DNA of 54,988 nucleotides from a virus (Duplodnaviria > Caudoviricetes), in IMG/VR virus record IMGVR_UViG_3300034032_000011, positions 1 through 54,988 of that record. One strand, given 5' to 3'. Each line of letters opens with the position of its first letter. Position 1 is the stretch's first letter. Under the pieces are notes generated by a model. That model was not told the DNA's origin and made no database searches. It saw only the letters and a program-made list of their open reading frames with translations. Position numbers and translations under genes: made by a program. Of the stretch, positions 8,624 through 18,620 are shown piece after piece.

Positions 8624-10926
8624 TGGTCCAGCTAACGAACAGTCCTAGAGAAGCCACCGTCCTCAAGGTGGAGGCTCGCAAGAGCTTTGCCATGGGTCTC
8701 TGGGTGCGTGACTCCAACAGTGCAGCTGTGGATCTCACCGACACGACCATCTCATTCGTGGCCGCTAAGGTGTCTCTGGCCGGAGTCGTGACTGAGCTCT
8801 TCACCGAGCTGGCAGATCTCGCCGACGCTGGCAAGGGTTACGCTCGATTCAATATTCAGGCCAGCGACCTGGACCTCGCAGTCTCGACATACTCGTTCAC
8901 GATCACTCTGCTCACTGCAGGGTACTCTGTTGTGCTGCTCAAGGGCGACCTCGAGATTCAGCCCAACGTGGAGTTCGACTCAGTCGGAGACACATATCTG
9001 GCGGGGAACCCCACCCAGACGCTCATCGTGGCGCTCCAGGAGCAGCACGTAGTCCACGTAGACCTGACCACCCTGTTGCCCCCAGACGTCGTGCACATGC
9101 CTCCGGGGGGTGCCACTGGTATGGTGCTCACCAAGGCTAGCGATGCGAACTACGATCTGCTGTGGACGCTGACCGGTGACGGTAGCGACGCAGCCGTCGC
9201 GAGCTACATCTCCAACATTGCTAGCCTATCTAGAATGCTGCTCGACGGGCTGTATGCAGGGAAAGTCGCCACGGCAGCCGACATTGCCGCGTTGGAAGCT
9301 GACGTGGCAACGCTAGATGGACTGGTTGCCACTCTCAATTCCCAGTACCCTCCTACATGGGCTAGCCTGACAGGTGTTCCTGCAACCTTCCTGCCACTGT
9401 ATGTGCCGATTGCTACCAAGACTGGTACAGATCTACCGTCCACGTACCCGACGGGGTACTCCTACATGACCATCTCGTCTACGGCTGGCTGGCCTGTTCT
9501 GCTGGCGACCATCGTTACGACCCGATACGGCACCAACCGTACTACACAGACGGTCACAGAGAAGACTACCGGAGCACAGTACGTTCGCTCGGAGACTGAT
9601 GGTAATGCTTGGGGCGTCTTCACCAAGCTCACGACAGCTACTGAGCTTGCTATAGAACAGGCGAGGATCACTGTTCAGGAGAGTGCTAGTAGCTACGAGG
9701 GTACAGTCGCAGCCGATTGGACTTATGGTAAGCCCAACGTCACGCTTCTCGGTGGACAGTTCTACAGCGGCACTGTCAGTGCGTTTCTCCCTGCTAGAGA
9801 TGTAGACATTCAGCCAGGTTCCAGTGTTATCCTGGAGAGATCTGTCGGTGGTCTCTGGACCATTGTAGCCGTTAGGAACACAGGACCGCAGTTCCTCAAG
9901 CAGATTTCTTTTGCATTTAGCGGTACCTGGCGCAATTACGATTCCATCCCCGGTGATCCTATATTTGCAGCCAGTCTTAGTAATGTAACCGTTCTTCCGG
10001 GTAGCGGTCGCCACGGCCCTGCGTCGTTCACTAAGTCCAGCTCTGGTTGGGTACTCGTATCGGGTCTGGCTTACAATGCTTCGGCAACGGGTGGTAACAG
10101 TGTAATCGGGATTCTACCAGTAGGTTTCCGACCTTCTGTACGGCACCGCTTCCAGAGCCTGGGCAGAGTCGGCGGTATTGAGGTTCGAACCAATGGTGAG
10201 ATCGTCGCGATAGCAGCTACCGGAGTAGGAGCTACACTTTCGCTCAACAACGTTCGATTCAATATCTCTGCTACTGTTAGCAACATCACCGGTTACGCAA
10301 ACAGCTGGGTTGACTATGGCGACCCTCTGTATGGCGTGGCCGGTCAGGGAGTAGACTCTCTGGGTTGGGGCTTTGTTCAGGGCCTAGTTAAAAATGGATC
10401 CGCAGTAAACAACACGGTCATCGCGACGTCACCTACGGCGGGGGCAATGGCTCCTGGCTCAGCCTTTATTCGACACCAGTCAACTGCCTCCGTCCTAACA
10501 GAGGCCGGAGCAATCTATATTTCCGACCCCGGTATTCAGTATAATACTGCTTCTGGTGGCAATACAGGAGTAGCGCTGAGCGGGGCCATATGGGATCCTC
10601 TGGCACTCGCTGTTCCGTGGGTGGCCGCGCCCTATCTAAATTCTTGGGCTTCTTTCAGTGTAGCCAGCTACTCAGCCGCAAGCTACTATCTTAGAGCAGA
10701 CGGTCTGGTTGCTATTAGGGGCTTCATCTCTACAGGAACGATCGGTCTAGCCGCTTTTGTTCTGCCAGAGGGTTACCGTCCCAAACATCGTATGGTTTTT
10801 GAAACGCTCACAAGTAATAACGTTCTCGGTAGGTTGGATATCTATCCTGATGGTCAGGTTGTTCCTCTCTCAGGATCATCGACCTGGTTCTCTATTGAGG
10901 GCATCCTCTTTCCAGCAGATCACTAA
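8623..10926 (+). CDS. Tail fibre / receptor-binding protein
   Basis: 767 aa. BppU-like N-terminus, coiled segment, and repeated C-terminal domains with LP.G(F/Y)RP motifs typical of phage RBPs. Confidence 0.75.
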   Translation: MVQLTNSPREATVLKVEARKSFAMGLWVRDSNSAAVDLTDTTISFVAAKVSLAGVVTELFTELADLADAGKGYARFNIQASDLDLAVSTYSFTITLLTAGYSVVLLKGDLEIQPNVEFDSVGDTYLAGNPTQTLIVALQEQHVVHVDLTTLLPPDVVHMPPGGATGMVLTKASDANYDLLWTLTGDGSDAAVASYISNIASLSRMLLDGLYAGKVATAADIAALEADVATLDGLVATLNSQYPPTWASLTGVPATFLPLYVPIATKTGTDLPSTYPTGYSYMTISSTAGWPVLLATIVTTRYGTNRTTQTVTEKTTGAQYVRSETDGNAWGVFTKLTTATELAIEQARITVQESASSYEGTVAADWTYGKPNVTLLGGQFYSGTVSAFLPARDVDIQPGSSVILERSVGGLWTIVAVRNTGPQFLKQISFAFSGTWRNYDSIPGDPIFAASLSNVTVLPGSGRHGPASFTKSSSGWVLVSGLAYNASATGGNSVIGILPVGFRPSVRHRFQSLGRVGGIEVRTNGEIVAIAATGVGATLSLNNVRFNISATVSNITGYANSWVDYGDPLYGVAGQGVDSLGWGFVQGLVKNGSAVNNTVIATSPTAGAMAPGSAFIRHQSTASVLTEAGAIYISDPGIQYNTASGGNTGVALSGAIWDPLALAVPWVAAPYLNSWASFSVASYSAASYYLRADGLVAIRGFISTGTIGLAAFVLPEGYRPKHRMVFETLTSNNVLGRLDIYPDGQVVPLSGSSTWFSIEGILFPADH

Positions 10927-10938
10927 AGGAGAAATGAA

Positions 10939-11754
10939 ATGGCTGATCCGTTCCTCATCATTGAGGACCCCTATGAGGGGCTCGGCTTCCACGCTACGTG
11001 GGAGCAGCACAAGACCCAGGGTAGCTTCGGTGAAGATCGTAAGAACACCAAGACCCAGGCCCACACCGCGCCGTCTGACGGCATCGTGACCTACGTCGGC
11101 GGTACCTACCACGAGGTCGTCGTACAGATGATCAACGGTCAGTACTGGCGTACAGCAGAGATCGCTGTCATTGACCCCAAGATCGTCAAGGGCGCTCACG
11201 TCTCTCGTCGACAGGTCATCGGTACAGGCGCCTACGTTCGCGGTGGCATCGCTCGTGGGGCTCACCAGAACGGTATCGACGGTGCCGGTCGCAAGCAGTT
11301 CACCAAGATGGTCACGCACACCAAGGCCGCAGCAGACGCAGCTGCTAAGGCTGCAGCACCCAGCCCTCGCTCGCGTACTACCCTGCCGGACGGTGCCAAC
11401 GTTCGCTCCAGTGCAGCGATCACGGCCACCAACAAGGTCAGTGCTCTCAAGGGCAACTGGACCTACGAGATGGATGGCTGGCTTCGTGGTGGTCCCGCCA
11501 ACGGCAGCGACGTCTGGTTCCACTGTGGCTTCGGCTATGTACACTCCAGCGCCTTCACCGACAAGTCCACGGCCAACTTGCCTGACCTGAACCCGGTGGT
11601 CGTACCTCCGGTGGTCGTGCCTCCTGTCGTGGTGCCACCCGTTGTAGTGCCGCCAGTGCCTGAGATCTTCAACGAGCAGCAGCTGGCTCAGCTGCGCATC
11701 GTCGTCGAAGAAGTACTCGCCAAGAAGAAGATCACGATCGAGGTCAAGCAATGA
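10939..11754 (+). CDS. Putative endolysin (M23-like N-terminus, SH3-like cell-wall-binding region)
   Basis: APSDGIV...VKGAHVSRRQVIG M23-like pattern, then ANVRS...VWF...GYVHS SH3-like pattern. Followed by membrane protein genes. Confidence 0.6.
   Translation: MADPFLIIEDPYEGLGFHATWEQHKTQGSFGEDRKNTKTQAHTAPSDGIVTYVGGTYHEVVVQMINGQYWRTAEIAVIDPKIVKGAHVSRRQVIGTGAYVRGGIARGAHQNGIDGAGRKQFTKMVTHTKAAADAAAKAAAPSPRSRTTLPDGANVRSSAAITATNKVSALKGNWTYEMDGWLRGGPANGSDVWFHCGFGYVHSSAFTDKSTANLPDLNPVVVPPVVVPPVVVPPVVVPPVPEIFNEQQLAQLRIVVEEVLAKKKITIEVKQ
11593..11660 (+). repeat. Tandem (PVVVP)n linker
   Basis: NPVVVPPVVVPPVVVPPVVVPPVP, degenerate 15-bp unit. Confidence 0.85.
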
Positions 11755-12281
11755 GCCTCGATCCTCTGCTCGAGATGACTGCATCTCAGCAGCCACGAGT
11801 CCGCGCTAAGAGCTGGCGCAAGAGCGAGAAGGAGCTTCGCAAGGCGAGGCGCCCCTCTCGATTCCAGATCTGGGCCTTCACTGACACTGGAGCCTACCGC
11901 CTGGAGCGGGTCATGGGCTACGGCTTTGCGATCTACTTCGGCATCTCTGCCTTCATCGCGGGTATCCCTACCTTCGACTTGACGGCTCCAGACGGTTGGA
12001 CACCAATCTGGTCAGCAGTCCTGATCATATCGGGTCCGATTGGTCTCGTCGGAACCTGGCAGAACACGCCAAAGTTCTGGAAGATCGAGCTGGCCGGAGC
12101 ATTTCCAATGGCAGGATCACTGACGGTGTACGCTGCTGCTATGCTCTTTCTGGCCTATGGTCCGGAGGGGTCTGAGGGTAGGATTGCAGCGGGAGCCGGT
12201 TTCTCCTGGCTCGCCGCCCCCGCCATCATCCACTGTCTACTACTAGTTGTAAAGATCATCTCTGAGCGGAAGGCAAGCTGA
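11751..12281 (+). CDS. Four-TM membrane protein (lysis cassette)
   Basis: Four hydrophobic helices, ATGA overlap with the endolysin. Confidence 0.65.
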   Translation: MSLDPLLEMTASQQPRVRAKSWRKSEKELRKARRPSRFQIWAFTDTGAYRLERVMGYGFAIYFGISAFIAGIPTFDLTAPDGWTPIWSAVLIISGPIGLVGTWQNTPKFWKIELAGAFPMAGSLTVYAAAMLFLAYGPEGSEGRIAAGAGFSWLAAPAIIHCLLLVVKIISERKAS

Positions 12282-12282
12282 C

Positions 12283-12636
12283 ATGGAATGGGTGGCCCCG
12301 ATAGCCGCTGGTGTCTTCGTACTAGCGAGTACACTCGTTACTGTCATCGTCAACCTTCGAATCTCTCGGGGAACAACGGTTGCTACCAAGACTCCTACCA
12401 CAGAGGATGCCTGGGCAGAGGCGAATCGTGCTCGAGCTAGTGAGAACAGGTACCGCCTGTACGCTCACGTGTGGGAGGATCTGTATTACCTAATGCGTGG
12501 AGCTCTCAAGAGCTTCGCTCGTCGCATGGTCGAGAAGTACGGCGATGAGGCGGCTGCACTCAACCTCGTTGAGCGAGCAGCACTAGAGGCTCCAACCCCG
12601 GAGCCGATTAAACCTGAACAGGAGAAGCAAGCATGA
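12283..12636 (+). CDS. Single-TM membrane protein
   Basis: N-terminal hydrophobic helix followed by a helical region. Confidence 0.65.
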   Translation: MEWVAPIAAGVFVLASTLVTVIVNLRISRGTTVATKTPTTEDAWAEANRARASENRYRLYAHVWEDLYYLMRGALKSFARRMVEKYGDEAAALNLVERAALEAPTPEPIKPEQEKQA

Positions 12637-12881
12637 GTGATTCACTCGGTACCAAGACCCCGAATGTTGTGGTGGAGAACCCTGACGTTCGCCGTGTGGC
12701 CAACATCGCCCTCGGCGTCGTCGGCCTCGTCGTCGGAACGGCAGTGGTGGTTGACGCCAGCACGCCGCTCTTCGACATCTCAGCGATCACCACCCCGGTC
12801 TTCGCTGGATACGCCTACATCGCAAGCCTCTTTGGTTTCGCGGTGACCATTCCCAACATTCCTCGCAACCCGATCGGCTGA
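12633..12881 (+). CDS. Putative holin (2 TM)
   Basis: 82 aa, two TM helices, end of the lysis cluster. Confidence 0.55.
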   Translation: MSDSLGTKTPNVVVENPDVRRVANIALGVVGLVVGTAVVVDASTPLFDISAITTPVFAGYAYIASLFGFAVTIPNIPRNPIG

Positions 12882-12937
12882 GTTTCACCCTCAGTCGCAC
12901 GGTTTGTGTTAGAATAGTCTCGTAGAAAGGAGCGGAG

Positions 12938-13963
12938 ATGGCTCTCCAGAAGCTCAAGCAGACCAATAGCATTAAGCTAGCGTCGACCCCGAAGGACGAC
13001 AACGGTGGCGAGGACTTCCTAGAGCAGCTTGGCCAGTCAATGATGGTCAACGGCATGGGAGGCCACTCCGCTCCTAACGTCTTTGCTCAGCAGCAAAACA
13101 AGGAAGCGATTGCTCGACAGGCTGCGGTCGATTCAGCAGCATCCGATCGCACTCAGCGTATCTTCCAGAGCGCTATCTCCAACTGGGAGGGCGCCGGTAA
13201 CAACACCGAGACAGTAACCGGTGCCGAGTACAACGCCCTGGACTCTCGACAGAAGTCCATCCTGGACGCGCAGACTCAGCTCTGGAATGCAGTCCAGGAG
13301 GACACCAAGGCCAGCGCAGCCATGACGCCTGACCAGCAGAAGGCCGCTATCGAGAACACGGACTACGCGTCCACTGTCACCGGCTTGTTCTCTGAGCAGG
13401 GTGGTAGCTCTAAGTACGCGCCTCGTACGGTCGCTCTCCTGTCTGAGCTGGGTCTCGGTGGCGACTTCAAGGATCTCGATGAGTATCTGTCAGGCTCCGC
13501 CTTCCTCACCAAGGCTCAGATCCTCGACTCGACCGGAGAGGCCCCTGCAGCGGACGCCAACTATGGTGAGCAGAACGCTTTCCGCCTAGGTGCAGGGGCG
13601 ACCAACCCCAACATCAGCGGGGTGCTGGCTTCGGGCCAGTCGCTGATCGATGCTCTCCAGGGTAGTGCAGATTACAGCTTCGTCCAGGGTCTGCCCTCGA
13701 CGACCAAGCCAGACCCGCTCGCGAGTCTCACAGACCTGCAGAACAGCGGTCTGAGTTCCCTCATGCAGGGGATGGCCCTGAGTGTCGAGCCGGAGGATCT
13801 CGGTACTTTCGTAGACACTGTACAGAAAGAGTACGGTGTCACCCCTGAGCTGACTGAGGCCTTCCTTCGTCGTGAGCTCAATAACTGGGAGGCCAGTGGT
13901 ACGAGCTTCGGCGAGGGCTACATGACCCCAGAAGAATTCCGTATCAAGTGGAAGGTAAGCTAA
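12938..13963 (+). CDS. Hypothetical protein, possibly internal virion protein
   Basis: GAAAGGAG RBS, TAGAAT -10-like box at about 12910, acidic and helical. Confidence 0.6.
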   Translation: MALQKLKQTNSIKLASTPKDDNGGEDFLEQLGQSMMVNGMGGHSAPNVFAQQQNKEAIARQAAVDSAASDRTQRIFQSAISNWEGAGNNTETVTGAEYNALDSRQKSILDAQTQLWNAVQEDTKASAAMTPDQQKAAIENTDYASTVTGLFSEQGGSSKYAPRTVALLSELGLGGDFKDLDEYLSGSAFLTKAQILDSTGEAPAADANYGEQNAFRLGAGATNPNISGVLASGQSLIDALQGSADYSFVQGLPSTTKPDPLASLTDLQNSGLSSLMQGMALSVEPEDLGTFVDTVQKEYGVTPELTEAFLRRELNNWEASGTSFGEGYMTPEEFRIKWKVS

Positions 13964-15024
13964 TGGGCTACACACCGTCAAGTACCAAGAAGACAGACAC
14001 CCCCGGTGCCTACGGAGCCAACGGGATGCCGACCAGTCCGCCCCCCGGCGCTGACTCGGAGTACTACCGACTGCAGCAGGTGGTTCCCGGCGTTGCTACG
14101 ACGACCACGAACACCAACACCGGTCTCACTCAGGCCGAGCTCGATGCTCTGGCTCGCAACCAGGCCGCAGCCGCTGCTCAGGCTGCTGCAGCCGCTGCAG
14201 AGGCTGCAGCTAAGAGGGCTGGCAAGGACAAGTCAGCCAAGGAGAATCAGGCCACCAACGACATCGTTGACTCGCTTATCAAGAGCATGGCCAACTTCGC
14301 CAGTGGTCGCGATAAGCAGCTTGGCAACGCCAAGTCGGTCTTCGATACGACGCTGTCTGGGATCCTCGCGCAGTACTCCACTGCAGCGGGAGATGCTGAG
14401 GCGTACAAGCTCCGCAACGAGCAGGACTACGACTCCAAGACTAACGCCAACACGACGAACCTCGTGCGAGAGTCCAATGACTCGCTCGCCCAGGCTCTGT
14501 CTGTCGGTGCAGGTGAGACCGATTCTCTGCGTGCTATGCAGCAAGCGGTGCGAGCGTTCGACAACAACCAGCTTGATGTTGCCGGTAGTTTCAACGACAC
14601 ACTGCGCTCGATCAACTCTCAGCTGACGAGTGCTGCTAACAGTGCACAGAACGGTCGGCTCAACGCTTGGCAGCAGCAAGAGGAGGCCAAGGGCAGCATC
14701 TGGGGTGACTTCAACAAGAACATGCAAGACTCCTGGACGAACATTCAGCGCACCGAGGCTGGCAACAGCAACATCGACAGCGACTACTCGACAGGCTTCC
14801 AGAACCGTTACGGCTCGGACGACGCCGTCAACGCTGTCGACGAGATTGCCAAGTACACAGGTCAGGTGTACCAGGTGGAGAAGCCCGACGATGTCTGGTC
14901 CTCCAACTGGAGTGGCAAGAAGGATCGCTTCGAGAGCAATGCTCGCCTCGGCAACCAGTCCGCAGCCGTCAAGGCTGGACCCATCAAGCGCGCTCAGGGT
15001 GCCTCGCTAAGGACGTGGAACTAA
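13963..15024 (+). CDS. Ala/Asn/Gln-rich helical protein, likely internal virion (ejection) protein
   Basis: TAATG coupling with the upstream gene. Composition is typical of podovirus core proteins. Confidence 0.55.
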   Translation: MGYTPSSTKKTDTPGAYGANGMPTSPPPGADSEYYRLQQVVPGVATTTTNTNTGLTQAELDALARNQAAAAAQAAAAAAEAAAKRAGKDKSAKENQATNDIVDSLIKSMANFASGRDKQLGNAKSVFDTTLSGILAQYSTAAGDAEAYKLRNEQDYDSKTNANTTNLVRESNDSLAQALSVGAGETDSLRAMQQAVRAFDNNQLDVAGSFNDTLRSINSQLTSAANSAQNGRLNAWQQQEEAKGSIWGDFNKNMQDSWTNIQRTEAGNSNIDSDYSTGFQNRYGSDDAVNAVDEIAKYTGQVYQVEKPDDVWSSNWSGKKDRFESNARLGNQSAAVKAGPIKRAQGASLRTWN

Positions 15025-15809
15025 TGCCCAATGCTGATGTGGCATTCACGCTGGACCAGGCGGTGTCAGAGGTACTCAACCTGCTGACGGGCCATGCGTT
15101 CAGCCACGTCCCCAAGATGGAACGATACTACTCCATCACGCAGACGATCAATCGTGCCCTCCGTATCGTTGCTACGGAGGCCGATTGGTCGTACTACTCA
15201 AGCACCGAAGAGGTCGGCGTGGCTCACGCTGGCGATAGGAACGTCAACCTGCGACCTACCGTTCGCCCTCGCATTCTCATCGACGACTCCGTGCGCCTCG
15301 TGGATGACAACGACTATCCTCGTGTCTGGGCTCACTTCCTGCCACGAGAGGCCATTCACAAGGTGCCAGACCGCAGCCAGCTGTGGGTGTCACACGCTCG
15401 TTCTGAGCTGGAGTTCTCTCGCCCATTCTCTCCTGGAGAAGAGGGCCTACGGATCCTCGTCCCGGTCATGCGCGAGCCGCGAATGTATCGGCTCCCTGAG
15501 CGGCCCGAGGATCTCAACGACCCCATCCCCGAAGTGCCACAGGAGATTCGCGACACGATCGTGGACTTCGAGTGGCCCGACATGATCGTGCTCAAGACGG
15601 CGTACCTGTACGCTCAGACAGACCCGATCATGCAGCCTCGAGTGCAGACCCTTGAAGCCAACTACAAGGATCTCATGTACGCCATGAAGGATCGCGACAC
15701 CAAGTTCACCGACGCGCCCTTCATGAACCCGTACACTGTCCCTGTGGATGGCAGCATCTACGGCACGCAGAACGTTTCCCACGTTCCTTACGGAGACAAG
15801 ATCTACTAA
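15024..15809 (+). CDS. Putative head-tail adaptor (tail tubular protein A-like)
   Basis: TAATG-coupled, about 261 aa, INRALR...EADWSY pattern, directly before the nozzle-sized gene. Confidence 0.5.
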   Translation: MPNADVAFTLDQAVSEVLNLLTGHAFSHVPKMERYYSITQTINRALRIVATEADWSYYSSTEEVGVAHAGDRNVNLRPTVRPRILIDDSVRLVDDNDYPRVWAHFLPREAIHKVPDRSQLWVSHARSELEFSRPFSPGEEGLRILVPVMREPRMYRLPERPEDLNDPIPEVPQEIRDTIVDFEWPDMIVLKTAYLYAQTDPIMQPRVQTLEANYKDLMYAMKDRDTKFTDAPFMNPYTVPVDGSIYGTQNVSHVPYGDKIY

Positions 15810-18508
15810 TGGCTGCGCCCAAGAAAGGTATGCAAGCGCCTATCGATAGGCCGCTCGCATCCTCGTACCTGAGAGAGTTCCACGGCTGGAGTACTGCTTA
15901 CCCACCGGGTATCAGTGACCCTTCCAGCCTCCGTGTCATGGAGAACATGTTGGTCACAAGAGACGGCGCTCTCCAGATTCGACCAGCTCTCCAGAACGTT
16001 CTGAACCAGGTAGCCTCACTGAACACTGGGAATGGTGATGATCTGGGCATCGTCGGTAGCTTTGAACAGTTCTTTGTTGCACAGTCTGCAACGTACACTG
16101 GAAAAGCCTTCCTTTTCGCTGTCCGTGGCAGTGCCACTATCAGCTTCCGTGCTGGACTGCAGCGCAAGGCAGACAACCTATACGACATTAAGCCGCTCAC
16201 TGATGTTGCGGTGGGATTCACCGGCACAATCCCAACCTTCTCGCTAGCCACGACCTTCATCAAGTACCTCCAGATCGACAACAAGGTACTGGCGCTGTCT
16301 GACGCCGGTGACCCGGTTGTTCTCTTCAACGTGGGCACCACAAAGACAGCCAAGAGTATCCCGCCGTCGGGACTCACTGTTCCTGCCGTCACTGACGCAC
16401 TGACGGTGCGACACCCCGACGCAGCCTGGATTGACGGTGTCTCGAAGGTCACCATCCCGGCTGCAGAGACTCCTACCAAGGACACGCTGATCAGCAGCAC
16501 TCCCGGTCTCGGTGTCGTTACCATGACGATCGCCAGCCCTGGAGTCGTCACTCTCGCGAACCACGGTCTGCCGGTAGATACCCCGATCGTCTTCACGACT
16601 ACAGGAGCGCTACCAACCGGTATCGTGGCAGGTACCACGTACTACGTCAAGCAGGTGCTGACTACCTCGACGTTCACTATCGCTGCCACTGTCGGTGGAA
16701 CAGTCATTGCTACAACTGGAACCCAATCTGGAGTGCACTCGCTGGCCTATGGGCCCAACTCCAGCGGCACCCCGGCAGTCACTCAGAACGTATTCAGCTT
16801 CGCCTTCTGGTTCACGTTCTCGAACGAGTTCGGAGAGAGCTCGCCGTCGCCGATGACGATCGTCAAGGCTAAGCGAGGCTGGAGCAGCTGGAAGTTCAAT
16901 GGTCCCGACGCTCTCGGCAACCCGCTGGATCCTGTGGTAACAGACGCCACGCTCGCCGCAGACCAGCTGGTTGCTATTCTTCCTGCCGGTCTGGCTCTCA
17001 CAGCCCGGAACCAGGGAGCCACGCACTGGAACCTGTACCTCGCTACGTGGGGTGACGAGAATCCTGTCCCCAGCGAGGGTGTCCTCGTGGGCACCAAGGA
17101 CCTGCCAGCTAGCGGTCTCGACAATAACATCGTCAGCTGGATTCAGGCTCTGCCAGCTGTTCCTGCTGGATCGGTCACCATGGCTCTGCCTGATGCGGCT
17201 ACTCGGGATGACTTCAACTACTCGAAGGGGCCGACAGCCCGGCAGGGTCTAGTGGCTGGTGACCGACTCATCCTCGTCAACGATGCCATCAACCCTGCCC
17301 TCATCCGCTGGTCGAGCAACTCGCCTGACCACTACACCGACTTCTCGCCGTCCCAGGGTGGCGGACAGAAGACACTGTCGAGTGGAAACCTGCTGATTCC
17401 TAGCTGTGTCAAGCTCTGGCAGAACCCGCAATCAGTCGATACTATCACGATTCTGTGTGAGGGAGTAGATGGCTACCACGCCGCGTACTACATGGCTCCA
17501 GCGTCTGTCAGTGGACAGAGCGAAACGACTATCGTCATGGGCTTCGAAGAGACGACAGCTACTCCAGGTACGACGAGCCCATACGGGGTCGAGGTTCTAG
17601 ACAACGCGCTCTACCACCCGCTCGAAACTGAGCTGATGAAGAGCACGGCTAGTAACTACAACCTCGCCCACAAGACCCTCACTGACGACATCGTCAACAA
17701 GTGGCACTCACTCATCAACAAGCGTAGCATCATCAGTAGCCAGTACGATGGGCGACTGTACTACATTGTTGACAACCCTGAGGGCAGCTGGCTTGACCCT
17801 GTCTCCGGAGAGGCTCTCGACAGTTCCAAGTACAAGGGCAACGAGATCTGGGTGCTGGATGCAAAAGCAGAGCAGCCACAGTGGAACCGCTGGCTCATCC
17901 CTGCTATCTCCCTGCGAAAGCTAGAGGTCGCCGGCAAGCTTCGCCTTGCAGTGGTCACTCCAGAAACCATCTACTACCTCGATGAGGAAGTAATGGACGA
18001 CCAGTACTTCCCTCCGACCAACATCATCCAGACAAGGCCCATCCCCTGGAAATTTGAGACCAACATCATGGGAGCTAACCGCGCCCACAACGCTTGGGCT
18101 CACATTCAGGACATGATCCTCAGTATCGGTAACTTCTATGGTGACATGGAGATTGGCTTTAAGGGACGAGACGTCCACGGTCGCTGGATCGACATTCACA
18201 AGATCATCCACGCTGACGGCGAGCCTCAGAACGGGTCTGTCTGGCCGCGAGACTTCGATGACTACCTGCTAGCTCGAGAAGACCTCAAGGAGTGGGTCTT
18301 CTACGGCAACAGCATCGAGAAGGACGGCGAGCTCCAGTCTAGCTTCGGTCAGCTGAACTACGCTCAGTTCCGTTACGCCCCAATCTCTGTCAACGTCGGC
18401 TACGAGCTCGGTAGCATCGAGACCTTCGAGTACGGCCGCAGCGTTGAGGAGGGAAGCTACCAGTATAGCGGTGGACCTAACATCACAGTTCCTTACGGGG
18501 AGCAGTGA
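15809..18508 (+). CDS. Putative tail nozzle (tail tubular protein B / P22 gp10-like)
   Basis: 899 aa, beta-rich. MENMLVTRDGALQIRP N-terminal pattern and DRLILVN...IRWS typical of podovirus nozzles. Confidence 0.6.
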   Translation: MAAPKKGMQAPIDRPLASSYLREFHGWSTAYPPGISDPSSLRVMENMLVTRDGALQIRPALQNVLNQVASLNTGNGDDLGIVGSFEQFFVAQSATYTGKAFLFAVRGSATISFRAGLQRKADNLYDIKPLTDVAVGFTGTIPTFSLATTFIKYLQIDNKVLALSDAGDPVVLFNVGTTKTAKSIPPSGLTVPAVTDALTVRHPDAAWIDGVSKVTIPAAETPTKDTLISSTPGLGVVTMTIASPGVVTLANHGLPVDTPIVFTTTGALPTGIVAGTTYYVKQVLTTSTFTIAATVGGTVIATTGTQSGVHSLAYGPNSSGTPAVTQNVFSFAFWFTFSNEFGESSPSPMTIVKAKRGWSSWKFNGPDALGNPLDPVVTDATLAADQLVAILPAGLALTARNQGATHWNLYLATWGDENPVPSEGVLVGTKDLPASGLDNNIVSWIQALPAVPAGSVTMALPDAATRDDFNYSKGPTARQGLVAGDRLILVNDAINPALIRWSSNSPDHYTDFSPSQGGGQKTLSSGNLLIPSCVKLWQNPQSVDTITILCEGVDGYHAAYYMAPASVSGQSETTIVMGFEETTATPGTTSPYGVEVLDNALYHPLETELMKSTASNYNLAHKTLTDDIVNKWHSLINKRSIISSQYDGRLYYIVDNPEGSWLDPVSGEALDSSKYKGNEIWVLDAKAEQPQWNRWLIPAISLRKLEVAGKLRLAVVTPETIYYLDEEVMDDQYFPPTNIIQTRPIPWKFETNIMGANRAHNAWAHIQDMILSIGNFYGDMEIGFKGRDVHGRWIDIHKIIHADGEPQNGSVWPRDFDDYLLAREDLKEWVFYGNSIEKDGELQSSFGQLNYAQFRYAPISVNVGYELGSIETFEYGRSVEEGSYQYSGGPNITVPYGEQ

Positions 18509-18620
18509 CCTAGAGAATAGGAGGTCGGGCCTCTGCCCCGGTTTCTGCCCCGTTGTGGGCGGAACCGGGGTATACTCGTAAGTGGGGCAATTAGCCCCCC
18601 AACCGTAGTGGAGGAAACCG

